Source: Bacillota bacterium
GTDB lineage: Bacteria > Bacillota > UBA4882 > JBLNCG01
Direction of reading: 5' to 3'
NCBI GenBank assembly: GCA_050260475.1
Contig: JBLNCG010000061.1
Coordinates: forward strand, 6,851-70,850
DNA length: 64,000 bases
The notes under the pieces: generated by a model
The model's database searches: none
Seen by the model: the letters and a program-made list of their open reading frames with translations, nothing else
What the model was told of the DNA's origin: nothing
Shown here: piece by piece, positions 40,339 through 49,578 of the stretch
Layout: every line of letters begins with the position of its first letter
Numbering within the stretch: the first letter of the stretch is position 1
Made by a program: the position numbers and the translations under genes

Positions 40339-41244
40339 ATGGCTGTTGAAATTAAAAGAATCGCTTATGGGGGCTGGCCCAACTGCTATTCTGTCTCGGA
40401 CGGCACAGTGGAATTGGTGGCCACCTCCGACGTAGGGCCGCGTATTATCAGGCTGGGATTTGCAAATGAGCCGAACCTTTTCGCGGAGTTACCGGAGACT
40501 CTGGGAAAAACAGGCGGCGAATCCTGGAACATTTACGGCGGTCATCGATTATGGCACAGTCCGGAGACGCGCGGTCGCACATATTACCCTGATAATTTCC
40601 CCATAGAGGTTCAAGCGTCGGCCGGCGGCATCCGCCTGAAACAGCCCGTGGAACCGAATACGGGCATTGAAAAGGAGATCATCATCACCGTTGATCCAAA
40701 AAATCACAACTGCCAAATAGAACACCATCTTACGAACCGCAATAATTGGCCGGTGACCTTCGCTCCCTGGGCCATCAGCGTGATGCGGCCGGACGGTGTC
40801 GGCATCGTGCCGCAAACGCGCAAGCCGGATGAGGAAGGCATGTTGCCAAACCGAGTCCTTTCCCTGTGGCCTTATACGGACATGAACGACACCCGCGTTA
40901 CATGGGGCAACCGCTATATTCTTTTAGCCCAGGACCGGCAAAAAAAGGACCCCTTCAAATTCGGATTGTCCGTTCCCGAAGGCTGGGCGGCATATGCCTG
41001 GGACGGATATCTTTTTATGAAAAAATTCGCTTACGATCCCGTCGCTATATATCCCGATGGGAATGTAAACTATGAGTCCTATACCAGCGACACCATTTTA
41101 GAGGTGGAAACCCTGGGTCCCTTGCAGACCCTTAATCCCGGATCTACAGCCGGGCATGTGGAAACCTGGCATTTATTTAAAAACATTGGCAAGATAGAAA
41201 CCGAAGCGGATGTAGAAAAGATAATTATCCCTTTGATTAAATAA
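40339..41244 (+). CDS. Hypothetical protein (all-beta, possibly mutarotase-like fold)
   Basis: 301-aa ORF, RBS GGAGG. No confident motif. Confidence 0.45.
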   Translation: MAVEIKRIAYGGWPNCYSVSDGTVELVATSDVGPRIIRLGFANEPNLFAELPETLGKTGGESWNIYGGHRLWHSPETRGRTYYPDNFPIEVQASAGGIRLKQPVEPNTGIEKEIIITVDPKNHNCQIEHHLTNRNNWPVTFAPWAISVMRPDGVGIVPQTRKPDEEGMLPNRVLSLWPYTDMNDTRVTWGNRYILLAQDRQKKDPFKFGLSVPEGWAAYAWDGYLFMKKFAYDPVAIYPDGNVNYESYTSDTILEVETLGPLQTLNPGSTAGHVETWHLFKNIGKIETEADVEKIIIPLIK

Positions 41245-41361
41245 AGCCCGTTATACGGTTAAATATTGATATAGCTAAACGCCCTTTCCATTCACGAGAA
41301 AGGGCGTTTAGCTATATCAGCCTCTGCTCATTGTGCTTTTTTAAGCGCCGGTATGCCGTTA

Positions 41362-41520
41362 TTATTTTATTACCTGAAACCGGATTCCGGAACGTAAGAC
41401 CCGCTCATATTCTATGGCCATCTGCAGCAAATCTTCCTTTAACGCCCGCTTGATGATAGGATTTAATTTCATATTACCGCTGCCTTCCATGGTTCTTATA
41501 ACGTTGCCGTTGTTGCTCAT
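41362..41520 (-). CDS. Small hypothetical protein (52 aa)
   Basis: A strong RBS AAGGAG lies 8 nt upstream of ATG 41520. Sequence MSNNGNVIRTMEGSGNMKLNPIIKRALKEDLLQMAIEYERVLRSGIRFQVIK. Confidence 0.4.
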   Translation of the reverse strand: MSNNGNVIRTMEGSGNMKLNPIIKRALKEDLLQMAIEYERVLRSGIRFQVIK

Positions 41521-41665
41521 GATAATTGCTCCTTGATAGATTATTAATGGATTGTCATTCCTAATATACCAAGGGGTTGTAAAATACATATTACCGGCAT
41601 GTTAAAAAATTTAAAATGATTATGGTAATTTTGTTAAAATCCACTAAGAACCGCCATTTTATTAG

Positions 41666-42955
41666 CTATTTGCTTTTTTCCCTTGGGCCGCGCAGGATTG
41701 TAATTAAAATTAAGGCAAGCAGCACGGCGGCGGCGGTTGCCGCTATGTTACAAACCGCTTGCCATGGTTGGGACGGCCTTTTTTTCGGATCCCGCAATAC
41801 ATTGCTCACATCCGCAGGGCCCAGGCCGCATAAATCCTGTTTTTCCTTCTCCAGATATGCTTTGTAAAGTTCCATGTCGTAGCGGGGTTTTTCCGCGTCC
41901 CGGTTGCCGAAATAAAGGTAATAAGGGCCCTTGCCCGCTGATTCAAAAACCATTTTATCCACATAATAATCGACCCGGATATTCCTGATGGGGAGAGGCC
42001 GGTCGTCCCCGTTCGCAATCCTTATCTTCACCGTCCTCCAGGAGATGGGATTGTATGCCAGATCGATGCTGGCATCCTCAATATGCCTCCCCTGGAACGG
42101 GATATGATACAACTCTTCACTTCTGCTGTCGAAGGAGTTGTGTTCGGCTTCCGCGTATATGGTGAACAGGCGCTGGAAATCGCCGCTGATTTCAAAATAT
42201 ATCTGCTTCAGACAGAGTCGGTTCCTGTTATCCAGAATGACAACAGTTTGTTTAACTCCGTTTTTGATCTCATACGGCAGCTTCGTACTGTACACATACC
42301 TGAACAAATCTTCCGCAACGGAGTCGTAAATCAAATTTAAATGCTTTACAATAAGGCCGTGGGTATTTGCGGGGATTTTTATACGGTAGAAATTATACCT
42401 GCAAAACGCCGGAAGATCAATCTCCTGCAGCGCCAGGTAATCCAGACGGTAAATTTCCCGGCTTCCAAGGGGCTCCCAGACAAAGCCGTCATGACTGCCA
42501 TAAAGGTCCACCCTTTTATGGAAGTTACCCCCGGACACCTCAAGGGCAACTTTGTTGCCTATAATATCCGCGCCTTCTTTCTTCGCAATCACCCGAAAAT
42601 CAAAATACTGGTCCCTGTTTTTACGAAAAGTGTTGATCCATATCGCGTTGTACCTTATCTCCCGCTGTGTCTCCCCGGTGTAACCGTTTTGAAGATAATA
42701 AGGGACGAAATCGCCATGCGCATCCACGATCCGGAGATCCGCGAGATCGGGAAGGGCTCTCTTATAAACCTCCTCGTCAAGAAAAAAGGCTTTGTATTTT
42801 TCCTTGCCCCTCAGGATGATCTCTTTGCGGCAGCCCCAGGAAGGCATCATATCCCTGGCGGCGGCTCCGGCCGCCGCCGCAATGATGCATAAAAACAACA
42901 GAATCCCACATCCATTGATACGCATTGCCACCTTCCTAGAACGATTTTCAATCAT
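41666..42955 (-). CDS. Secreted protein of unknown function with C-terminal membrane anchor
   Basis: N-terminal signal sequence ILLFLCIIAAAAGAAA, a large beta-rich ectodomain, and a C-terminal TM helix AVCNIAATAAAVLLALILITIL. Confidence 0.5.
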   Translation of the reverse strand: MIENRSRKVAMRINGCGILLFLCIIAAAAGAAARDMMPSWGCRKEIILRGKEKYKAFFLDEEVYKRALPDLADLRIVDAHGDFVPYYLQNGYTGETQREIRYNAIWINTFRKNRDQYFDFRVIAKKEGADIIGNKVALEVSGGNFHKRVDLYGSHDGFVWEPLGSREIYRLDYLALQEIDLPAFCRYNFYRIKIPANTHGLIVKHLNLIYDSVAEDLFRYVYSTKLPYEIKNGVKQTVVILDNRNRLCLKQIYFEISGDFQRLFTIYAEAEHNSFDSRSEELYHIPFQGRHIEDASIDLAYNPISWRTVKIRIANGDDRPLPIRNIRVDYYVDKMVFESAGKGPYYLYFGNRDAEKPRYDMELYKAYLEKEKQDLCGLGPADVSNVLRDPKKRPSQPWQAVCNIAATAAAVLLALILITILRGPREKSK

Positions 42956-43059
42956 GGCGGGTTTATTCCGGAAGCTTGCTTCTCACTCCCTTTTTTGGAA
43001 AGAATGGAAACTTATGAATAATTCTTCCTATATGCCTGAAATCCTTTCGGGGCGGCCGC

Positions 43060-44010
43060 ATGTCATCAACATCCAAACCGGAGCATATTATCAGTTATCA
43101 GCGATCAGTAGAGGGAGGATCCGGTGTGGATCGGAATATTCCTGAGCCAATACCTAGGATAACCAGGGCGGCCCTTAGAGAGATGAGATTCTGGAACCCG
43201 TTATGCGCCGAGCATATAGGTTTGATCAAAGACGGGTTTGAGCCGGACGCAAAAGACCGGACCGAAAAAGCGCAGGGACTTATCTCCATGTTTCAAGGCC
43301 TTGCGGCGATTCTCCAATCCGAAAAACCTGTGGCGCCGCCGGACGCTTCGGATCTGATACATAATTCCGCCGGAACAGTTGAAGCCGCTCTGGATTTTTT
43401 CCTTTCCGTACAGGAAGGGATGTCCGGCGGATGGTTCAAAACCGCCCTGCCGGATAATGCCATAGCGCATATCATCAAGGAAACCCTGTATTATCAAGAT
43501 AAATTGCATGCAGCCGACCGGGACTCCCGCTTACCTGAATCCGCTTCCGCCGGTTCCGGCACGGCCCCGCAAGTATGGACCCGTTCGAAACTTATCGCGG
43601 CGCCGCCGGAAACCTTGAGCGGGCAGGCCCTAGCCGAAATACTCTTTTGGGTGGAGATATCCGCGGAGCATGGAGATTTTTTGGCCGAAAAGTCCGGCCC
43701 GGTACTCCAGGAACGGTTTACCCGTGAAATTCTGAGTTTTGTTAATGATTTCGACGGGCTCCATGCCAGGCTGGAGCAAGGGCGGGGGCATCCGGGGGCG
43801 CTTGCGGATCTCCTGCGCTGCACCGCTGTTTTAAATCAACATTGGTTAAATTTCCTGGAGGCATTGAACGAAAGCGCCATTGGGGAGCGAATCCCCGCCG
43901 GTCGCGGGGTTCTCCGGCCGGGCCCCGCAATCCATATCCGGCATGAACAGGCATATTTTCAGGCGATTGTGGTAAAATTCATCGACAGGTTGGATAGGCG
44001 AAACATTTAA
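43060..44010 (+). CDS. Hypothetical protein with duplicated FW...AEH helical repeats (DUF2935-like)
   Basis: Two internal repeats, RFWNPLCAEHIGLIK and LFWVEISAEHGDFLAEK, resemble the duplicated motif of DUF2935 proteins of Clostridia and Bacilli. Confidence 0.4.
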   Translation: MSSTSKPEHIISYQRSVEGGSGVDRNIPEPIPRITRAALREMRFWNPLCAEHIGLIKDGFEPDAKDRTEKAQGLISMFQGLAAILQSEKPVAPPDASDLIHNSAGTVEAALDFFLSVQEGMSGGWFKTALPDNAIAHIIKETLYYQDKLHAADRDSRLPESASAGSGTAPQVWTRSKLIAAPPETLSGQALAEILFWVEISAEHGDFLAEKSGPVLQERFTREILSFVNDFDGLHARLEQGRGHPGALADLLRCTAVLNQHWLNFLEALNESAIGERIPAGRGVLRPGPAIHIRHEQAYFQAIVVKFIDRLDRRNI

Positions 44011-44129
44011 AGAGCAATTTACGTTGTTATGATAATCTTACGTCTTGCCACTAAATATCGATAGCCTGATGGTAGCCATACATTGTATTCAATGGCAAGA
44101 CCTAGCATTAGGGTAACAACGCAATTGCC
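44011..44129 (+). repeat. Full copy of the ~120-bp palindromic intergenic repeat (reference copy)
   Basis: AGAGCAATTTACGTTGTTATGATAATCTTACGTCTTGCCACTAAATATCGATAGCCTGATGGTAGCCATACATTGTATTCAATGGCAAGACCTAGCATTAGGGTAACAACGCAATTGCC. The nested inverted repeats would fold into a long hairpin. Confidence 0.85.
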
Positions 44130-44139
44130 TTTTAATAAA

Positions 44140-44183
44140 AGCAAATTGCGGGTAAAAATATAGTTGCCAACGCAAATTACTCT
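44140..44183 (+). repeat. Mini-copy consisting only of the two repeat termini
   Basis: AGCAAATTGCGGGTAA...GTTGCCAACGCAAATTACTC resembles the left and right terminal motifs joined without the core. It lies 10 bp after the full copy. Confidence 0.35.
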
Positions 44184-44343
44184 AATTTAAAGTCATATTA
44201 AAAAAATTACGGAATTTGACGATAAAAAAATAGAAACCCTTTGTTTTCCAAAAACCAACAGACCGCGTTTTATCGTTTTTTTTATGTTTCGTTCCCCTTG
44301 ATCATCCCGACTTAATACAAATATATAAGCGAGGTATTGGAAA

Positions 44344-45147
44344 GTGCTGCTAAAATGCCCGTTTGAAAGCCCCGAAATCAACCTTACGCTGGAACTGTTT
44401 TTATCCAAACTCGAAAGTATTCTTAAAAACCAACTGACTGCCGTCTACCTGCACGGCTCGGCGGTATTCGAAGATCTTGCCCCCGGATACGGCGATTTTG
44501 ATTTTCTGGCGGTCGTCGGGGAGGACCTTTCCCATGAAGTGCAGGAAAAATTGCTGGATTTTCGGAAGGTTTTGCGCAGCAGCAACCTGGGCATATACGC
44601 CCGCATGTTGGAAGGGGAGTTTTTATCCCGGCGAATGTTGAAAAAAGGGGTCAAAGGCCGGGGCGTTTACTGGGGAACCCGGGAGGAGCGGCGCTCCGAG
44701 GAAAGCAGTCTGGATGGCTTCAGCATGCTGGTATTGATCACAAGAGGGATGCTTGTTTACGGAACGGATATCAGGAACGAAATCAGTTATGTGCCGCTCG
44801 CGGAATTGATCAACTCCGTCCGGCATCATATCAAGAACATCCGTGAGAACAGCAGATCAACGGACGGCGGAGTTCATTCCGTGGAATGGCTGCTGATGGC
44901 GTCGCGCATGCTCCTCTGGGTCAAGGAAGGAAAACTGAGCTCTAAAAGCGAAGCGGCCTCCTGGGCTTATGAAAACTGCACCGGGGGCTGGAAAAAGCTC
45001 CTGCCCCAGGCCGTGAAAATTCGTAAAAATCCCAGCCTGGCGTCGGATTCCGAAGCGAAAGAATGGCTTAAAAGCCTCGGCCCGCCGGCGCAGGAAGCCT
45101 GCGATGAGCTGGAAAAGGAATTGATCCTCAGGGGATATACCAAATGA
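44344..45147 (+). CDS. Nucleotidyltransferase-domain protein, aminoglycoside adenylyltransferase (AadA/ANT)-like
   Basis: VYLHGSAVFEDLAPGYGDFDFLAVV matches the polymerase-beta-type NTase motif hG[GS]...D.D, as in ANT adenylyltransferases. GTG start with RBS GAGG. Confidence 0.65.
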   Translation: MLLKCPFESPEINLTLELFLSKLESILKNQLTAVYLHGSAVFEDLAPGYGDFDFLAVVGEDLSHEVQEKLLDFRKVLRSSNLGIYARMLEGEFLSRRMLKKGVKGRGVYWGTREERRSEESSLDGFSMLVLITRGMLVYGTDIRNEISYVPLAELINSVRHHIKNIRENSRSTDGGVHSVEWLLMASRMLLWVKEGKLSSKSEAASWAYENCTGGWKKLLPQAVKIRKNPSLASDSEAKEWLKSLGPPAQEACDELEKELILRGYTK

Positions 45148-45193
45148 CCATCCAACAACTCCCCCGTCTGTTTTGCGGGCTTTTTGTGGGCGC

Positions 45194-46252
45194 TTATAAT
45201 CCCTGACCCGCCGCCTTCGAAGGCGGCAATTTCGCCTTATCCATACCTTCGCGCCATGGGAATTCCCGTGCGGCATCTACAAACGCCGCAAGATTTTCCA
45301 GCGGAACCCCCGCCGGAAGGTCGCATCCGGATGATAAAATAAAATTAGCTTTTCCGTTCATATTCTTAAGGATAATTCCGGTTTCTTCCCGCACCATTTC
45401 CGGAGTGCCCTGCAAGAATATCCCGGACGGATCCACATTGCCGAAGAGGACCAGATCGGGCGGGATCTGCGCCCATACCTCCTGCAGATTCATGCAGGAC
45501 CCCACGCTCAAGCCTTCCGTCCCGATCTTTGAATATGACTCCATAAGATGCCCTATACGGCCGCAATTGTGGAGCACCGGGCTTGCCCCCGCGGATTTTA
45601 TTTTTTCCATGAGCTGTCTCACATAAGCATTGGAAAATTCCCCGGCTTGAGACGGTGAAAACAAACTGGCCGTGGGTTCAAGGATCCAGACGCAATCGGG
45701 ACCGGATGCAAGGATCCCGGAGAGATATTCCTGCAGGAATGCATGGCAGAATTCAAGCAAGCCATGCACAAACTCCGGTTCCAACGCCACGTTCACGGCC
45801 AGTTCGGTGGTTCCCATCAATCTGCCTGCCATGGACAGGGGCCCCAGGATATATCCGCATTTCACCGCCTCCGTAGGCAGATTTTTCACAATCATCCGCA
45901 CAGTGTCGATGAATACATGGAGGCGGCCTTCTCCGCCTGCGGAAGGGAGTTTAAGCTTGGATAAATCCCCGGCGCAGCAAACCGCGTGGCCTTCCACCGC
46001 AGGCGCTTCGTCGCTCATTTTTACTTTTGCGCCGGCGGCCTCGCACTCCACGGTGAGATCCATCATGGGGAAGACAAAATCCGGCCGGAACCTGTCATAC
46101 AAAGAACTGACGGTATCAAACTGTCTGGCTGCCGATGTAAGGTTCTCCTGCAGATTGCCGCCGGTCAGCCGCATGCCGGGAAATCCCGCCAACGGAGCAA
46201 TTATGGGCCGTTTCGCAGAGTTGATCCTATTGTATAATTTCATGTCTTTCAT
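45194..46252 (-). CDS. URO-D family methyltransferase (MtaA/CmuA-like; methylcobamide-dependent methyltransferase)
   Basis: 352-aa URO-D fold protein (RPIIAPLAGFPGMRLTGGNL...). It lies in a cluster with a corrinoid protein. Confidence 0.6.
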   Translation of the reverse strand: MKDMKLYNRINSAKRPIIAPLAGFPGMRLTGGNLQENLTSAARQFDTVSSLYDRFRPDFVFPMMDLTVECEAAGAKVKMSDEAPAVEGHAVCCAGDLSKLKLPSAGGEGRLHVFIDTVRMIVKNLPTEAVKCGYILGPLSMAGRLMGTTELAVNVALEPEFVHGLLEFCHAFLQEYLSGILASGPDCVWILEPTASLFSPSQAGEFSNAYVRQLMEKIKSAGASPVLHNCGRIGHLMESYSKIGTEGLSVGSCMNLQEVWAQIPPDLVLFGNVDPSGIFLQGTPEMVREETGIILKNMNGKANFILSSGCDLPAGVPLENLAAFVDAAREFPWREGMDKAKLPPSKAAGQGL

Positions 46253-46504
46253 CTTCCTTTCCTACTTTAAAATATAACCTTGCGGTTAAAGAGTATATGT
46301 TTTTTTTAAGATGCGTGGTATTTTCTTGGCTTTCACCGGGAAATGCACAAATTATTGCCAAGTATAAAAAAAAATTACAATAAAAATCATCAGAGGCAGG
46401 TATATGATGAAAGTGGATTGAAAATAGTCACCGTCCCGTTTTTTCAAAAAAGGACCTCCGGCGTTCACCTCGAAAATATATAATGTCATTTCCGGGAGGT
46501 GGCC

Positions 46505-47773
46505 ATGGAGGAGTTGGAAAAAGCCGTTAAAACCATCCGGGCATATGCCGATTCCACCCGGGTGCGCGCATTTCTGGTGGACCAGAAAGGTAAAAACATC
46601 CTGCCGGGCGGGGCTTCCGATGATTCCTGCCCATTCTGCCGGATCATACAGGAGAAATTCAAAAAAGCCGAGGAATGCTGCCGTGCGCACCTGTACGGGA
46701 GCTATCAGGCGGAATATTTCGGGGAGGCGTACATATTCTTCTGCCCCTTCGGACTGGTGCACTGGGCGGCGCCGGTCATGGCGGAGCATAGGATGGCCTG
46801 CGCGCTGGTTGCCGGTCCGGTGCTCATGACCAGCCCAGAGGATGCGCTCATCACGGATATTCTTGTAAAACAGGGGATCAGCGCCGATGAAATCGCTTTG
46901 CTTTACCATGCTTTAAACGGCATCCCGATTCTGAAACCCCAGACAGTCAACAGCATGGCGTTGATACTTTTCGCCGCAGCCTCGCATCTCTCGAAATTCG
47001 GCGCCGAAAATATACTGGCCGTAAACAGCGCCTTTTTCGAGCAGCAGGCGTCTATTTCGCAGTGCCTTCACGGCATGAAGAACGGCATTCCGGCGCAAAT
47101 CGCCTACCCGCTGGAAAAGGAAAAGGAACTGGCCGTTAAAATCCGCCTGGGAGACAAGGCGGGCGCAAAAGAGCTATTGAACGAAATCCTCGGCACGATT
47201 TTTTTCGCCCAGGGGAACAGCCTGGAAACCATCCGTACCCGTGTAACCGAACTGGTGGTCACGCTATCCCGCGCCGCTTTGGAAGGCGGGGCCGACAACC
47301 AGAATATTTTGAACCTCAATTCAAGATATCTGGCCGAACTTAACAATATATATACGCTGGATGAAATGGCCATCTGGCTTTCGGGAGTCATGGCGCGCTT
47401 CACGGAAAGCGTTTTTAACCTTTCCAACGTCAAGAACATCGACATCATATACAAAGCTACGACTTACCTGCGTGAAAACTACATGCACGAGATCACCCTG
47501 GAAAAGGTGGCAAAAGTGGTGGCCTTAAGCCCGACCTATTTCAGCAAGCTCTTCAAGGATGAAATGAAGCAAAGCTTCGTTCATTACCTGAATGGACTGC
47601 GCATCGAGAAAAGCAAGAAATTCCTGCTGGATGACGCCATTCCCCTGGTCCATGTGGCAGGCCTGTCCGGCTTTCAGGATCAGAGTTATTTCACGAAAGT
47701 ATTCAAAAAAATGACGGGAGTGTCACCGGGAGAATTCAGAAAATCCCGCGGCCTGGCCAAATACATCGGCTGA
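46505..47773 (+). CDS. AraC-family transcriptional regulator with Cys-rich N-terminal sensor domain (possibly PocR-like)
   Basis: C-terminal AraC HTH is VAKVVALSPTYFSKLFKDEMKQSFVHYLNGLRIEKSKKFL. The N-terminal ~170 aa carry CPFCR...CC...C. RBS GGGAGG then ATG 46505. Confidence 0.75.
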   Translation: MEELEKAVKTIRAYADSTRVRAFLVDQKGKNILPGGASDDSCPFCRIIQEKFKKAEECCRAHLYGSYQAEYFGEAYIFFCPFGLVHWAAPVMAEHRMACALVAGPVLMTSPEDALITDILVKQGISADEIALLYHALNGIPILKPQTVNSMALILFAAASHLSKFGAENILAVNSAFFEQQASISQCLHGMKNGIPAQIAYPLEKEKELAVKIRLGDKAGAKELLNEILGTIFFAQGNSLETIRTRVTELVVTLSRAALEGGADNQNILNLNSRYLAELNNIYTLDEMAIWLSGVMARFTESVFNLSNVKNIDIIYKATTYLRENYMHEITLEKVAKVVALSPTYFSKLFKDEMKQSFVHYLNGLRIEKSKKFLLDDAIPLVHVAGLSGFQDQSYFTKVFKKMTGVSPGEFRKSRGLAKYIG

Positions 47774-47825
47774 AAACCGCAAGTTACGCGGAAAAATGGT
47801 TAAATCAAAAACGGGAGGAAAGAAC

Positions 47826-48458
47826 ATGGATTTAAAACAAATTTCCGAACTGCTGCAGCAGGGCAAGGCGAAGGATGTAAAAGAGCTTGTAGCGAAAGCC
47901 ATTGAGGAGGGCGCCGACCCCGGGGATATCCTGTCTCAGGGATTATTGGACGGCATGGCGGTGATTGGCGCCAAATTCAAGATCAACGAGGTTTACGTGC
48001 CCGATGTACTGATCGCTTCCAGGGCCATGAACGCCGGCATGGAGATCCTCAAACCTCATCTGGTGAAAAGCGGCGTAAAACCCATCGGTAAGGCCATCAT
48101 CGGCACGGTGGAGGGGGATCTGCACGATATCGGAAAAAACCTGGTGAAGATTATGTTTGAAAGCGTGGGCCTCGAGGTCATCGATCTGGGCATCGACGTC
48201 TCCGCGGAAAAATACGTCGCGGCTGTAAAGGAGCATAATCCGCACATTCTCGCCATGTCCGCCCTGCTCACCACGACCATGGTCAACATGGAAAAAATCA
48301 TCAAGGCCACCCAGAAGGAGGGCCTGCGCGGCAGCCTCATCATTATGGTGGGAGGCGCTCCGGTTACGGATAATTTCGCCAAATCCATCGGCGCGGACCT
48401 CTATGCCCCGGACGCCGCCACTGCAGCGGAACTTGCCAGGGATAAGATAGTGCATTAA
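47826..48458 (+). CDS. Corrinoid (cobalamin-binding) protein of a methyltransferase system (MtaC/MtbC-like)
   Basis: The B12-binding Rossmann domain carries GDLHDIGKN (DxHxxG) and the MSALLTTTM block. The N-terminal helical cap is ILSQGLLDGMAVIG. RBS GGGAGG. Confidence 0.85.
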   Translation: MDLKQISELLQQGKAKDVKELVAKAIEEGADPGDILSQGLLDGMAVIGAKFKINEVYVPDVLIASRAMNAGMEILKPHLVKSGVKPIGKAIIGTVEGDLHDIGKNLVKIMFESVGLEVIDLGIDVSAEKYVAAVKEHNPHILAMSALLTTTMVNMEKIIKATQKEGLRGSLIIMVGGAPVTDNFAKSIGADLYAPDAATAAELARDKIVH

Positions 48459-48512
48459 TATTATATGGATATTTAAAATTATGGCCCGCCATATATGAAA
48501 GGGGAAAAGCGG

Positions 48513-49574
48513 ATGGACATCGGACAAAACATCCAAACGATAGTGAATATTTATCAAAAAAACTTCGGCCTGTTGGTCGGGGCCACCTTTGTGGCATGTC
48601 TGCTTTCTTTCATAACCTTCGGCATCTTGGCCGGACCCCTAATCGGCGGACTTATCGTTTTATGCTTGAAGCTGCATAAAGGGGAAAAAGGCGAATTTAC
48701 CGAAATATTCGCCCATATGAGCTCCTTTCTGCCGGCGTTGTCTTTGACAATCGGACTTTGGGCGGGCATGATTGCGGCGAAGATAATCGGTTTCGTACCG
48801 GTTGTCGGCAGGCCGTTATTCGCGGTATGTTCTTCAGTTCTGGGCATTATATATGTGTTCTCCATCATATATGTGGTGGATAAAGGAGAAAAACCGCAGG
48901 ATGCCGTAAAAAAAGGATCGGCTCTCTTCCTTGCGGATCCGCTTAGGGTTTGGTTATATATTCTTATCGTAGCAATCCTGGGAGGCATCGGCATAATTCT
49001 TTTGTTACCGGTCATCTGCACCATGCCTATCGCTGTGGTGGGAACGGCCTTGGCTTATCAGGATCTGTCCGCTATGGGCGGCGCAAGCAAAGTGCCTGAA
49101 CAATACCGGCAAATTGCAGGATATATAGTGGCGGCATTAATCGTCACCGGTTTGATCTGTATGTTCACCATAAACAGCCGCTCCGTTTTTAGCGGACGAC
49201 TTGGGGCGCCTTCCGGGAAAAAAAAGTATGACATCGGCGCCGGAAGAAAAAATCCCGGCAACAAGCTGCCCGGGAGTTTCCCCAGGGACATCCCCATTTA
49301 CAAAGGCGCCGAAGTGGAAAGTTTTACGGGAGTAATTAAGAATAAAGAGGCGGGCGCCGCCGTTTCTACAGTAATCCTTGTAACCAGGGATAAAGCCGAA
49401 GCGGTGGAGAAGTTTTATACCCAAAAACTGCAGGCTAATGCGTGGGAAGTATCCGCCACCCGGTTCGGGGCGGTTATCCTCCTGGGCAAGAAGTTAAACA
49501 GGGAATGCACGGTCACCATAGCGCCTCAAAAAGGAAAAATTCGCATCACTCTTGTGGAAAGCAGGAAGCAATAA
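48513..49574 (+). CDS. Hypothetical membrane protein with C-terminal soluble domain
   Basis: Five to six TM helices in the N-terminal 230 aa. RBS AAAGGGGA. Confidence 0.5.
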   Translation: MDIGQNIQTIVNIYQKNFGLLVGATFVACLLSFITFGILAGPLIGGLIVLCLKLHKGEKGEFTEIFAHMSSFLPALSLTIGLWAGMIAAKIIGFVPVVGRPLFAVCSSVLGIIYVFSIIYVVDKGEKPQDAVKKGSALFLADPLRVWLYILIVAILGGIGIILLLPVICTMPIAVVGTALAYQDLSAMGGASKVPEQYRQIAGYIVAALIVTGLICMFTINSRSVFSGRLGAPSGKKKYDIGAGRKNPGNKLPGSFPRDIPIYKGAEVESFTGVIKNKEAGAAVSTVILVTRDKAEAVEKFYTQKLQANAWEVSATRFGAVILLGKKLNRECTVTIAPQKGKIRITLVESRKQ

Positions 49575-49578
49575 TTTT

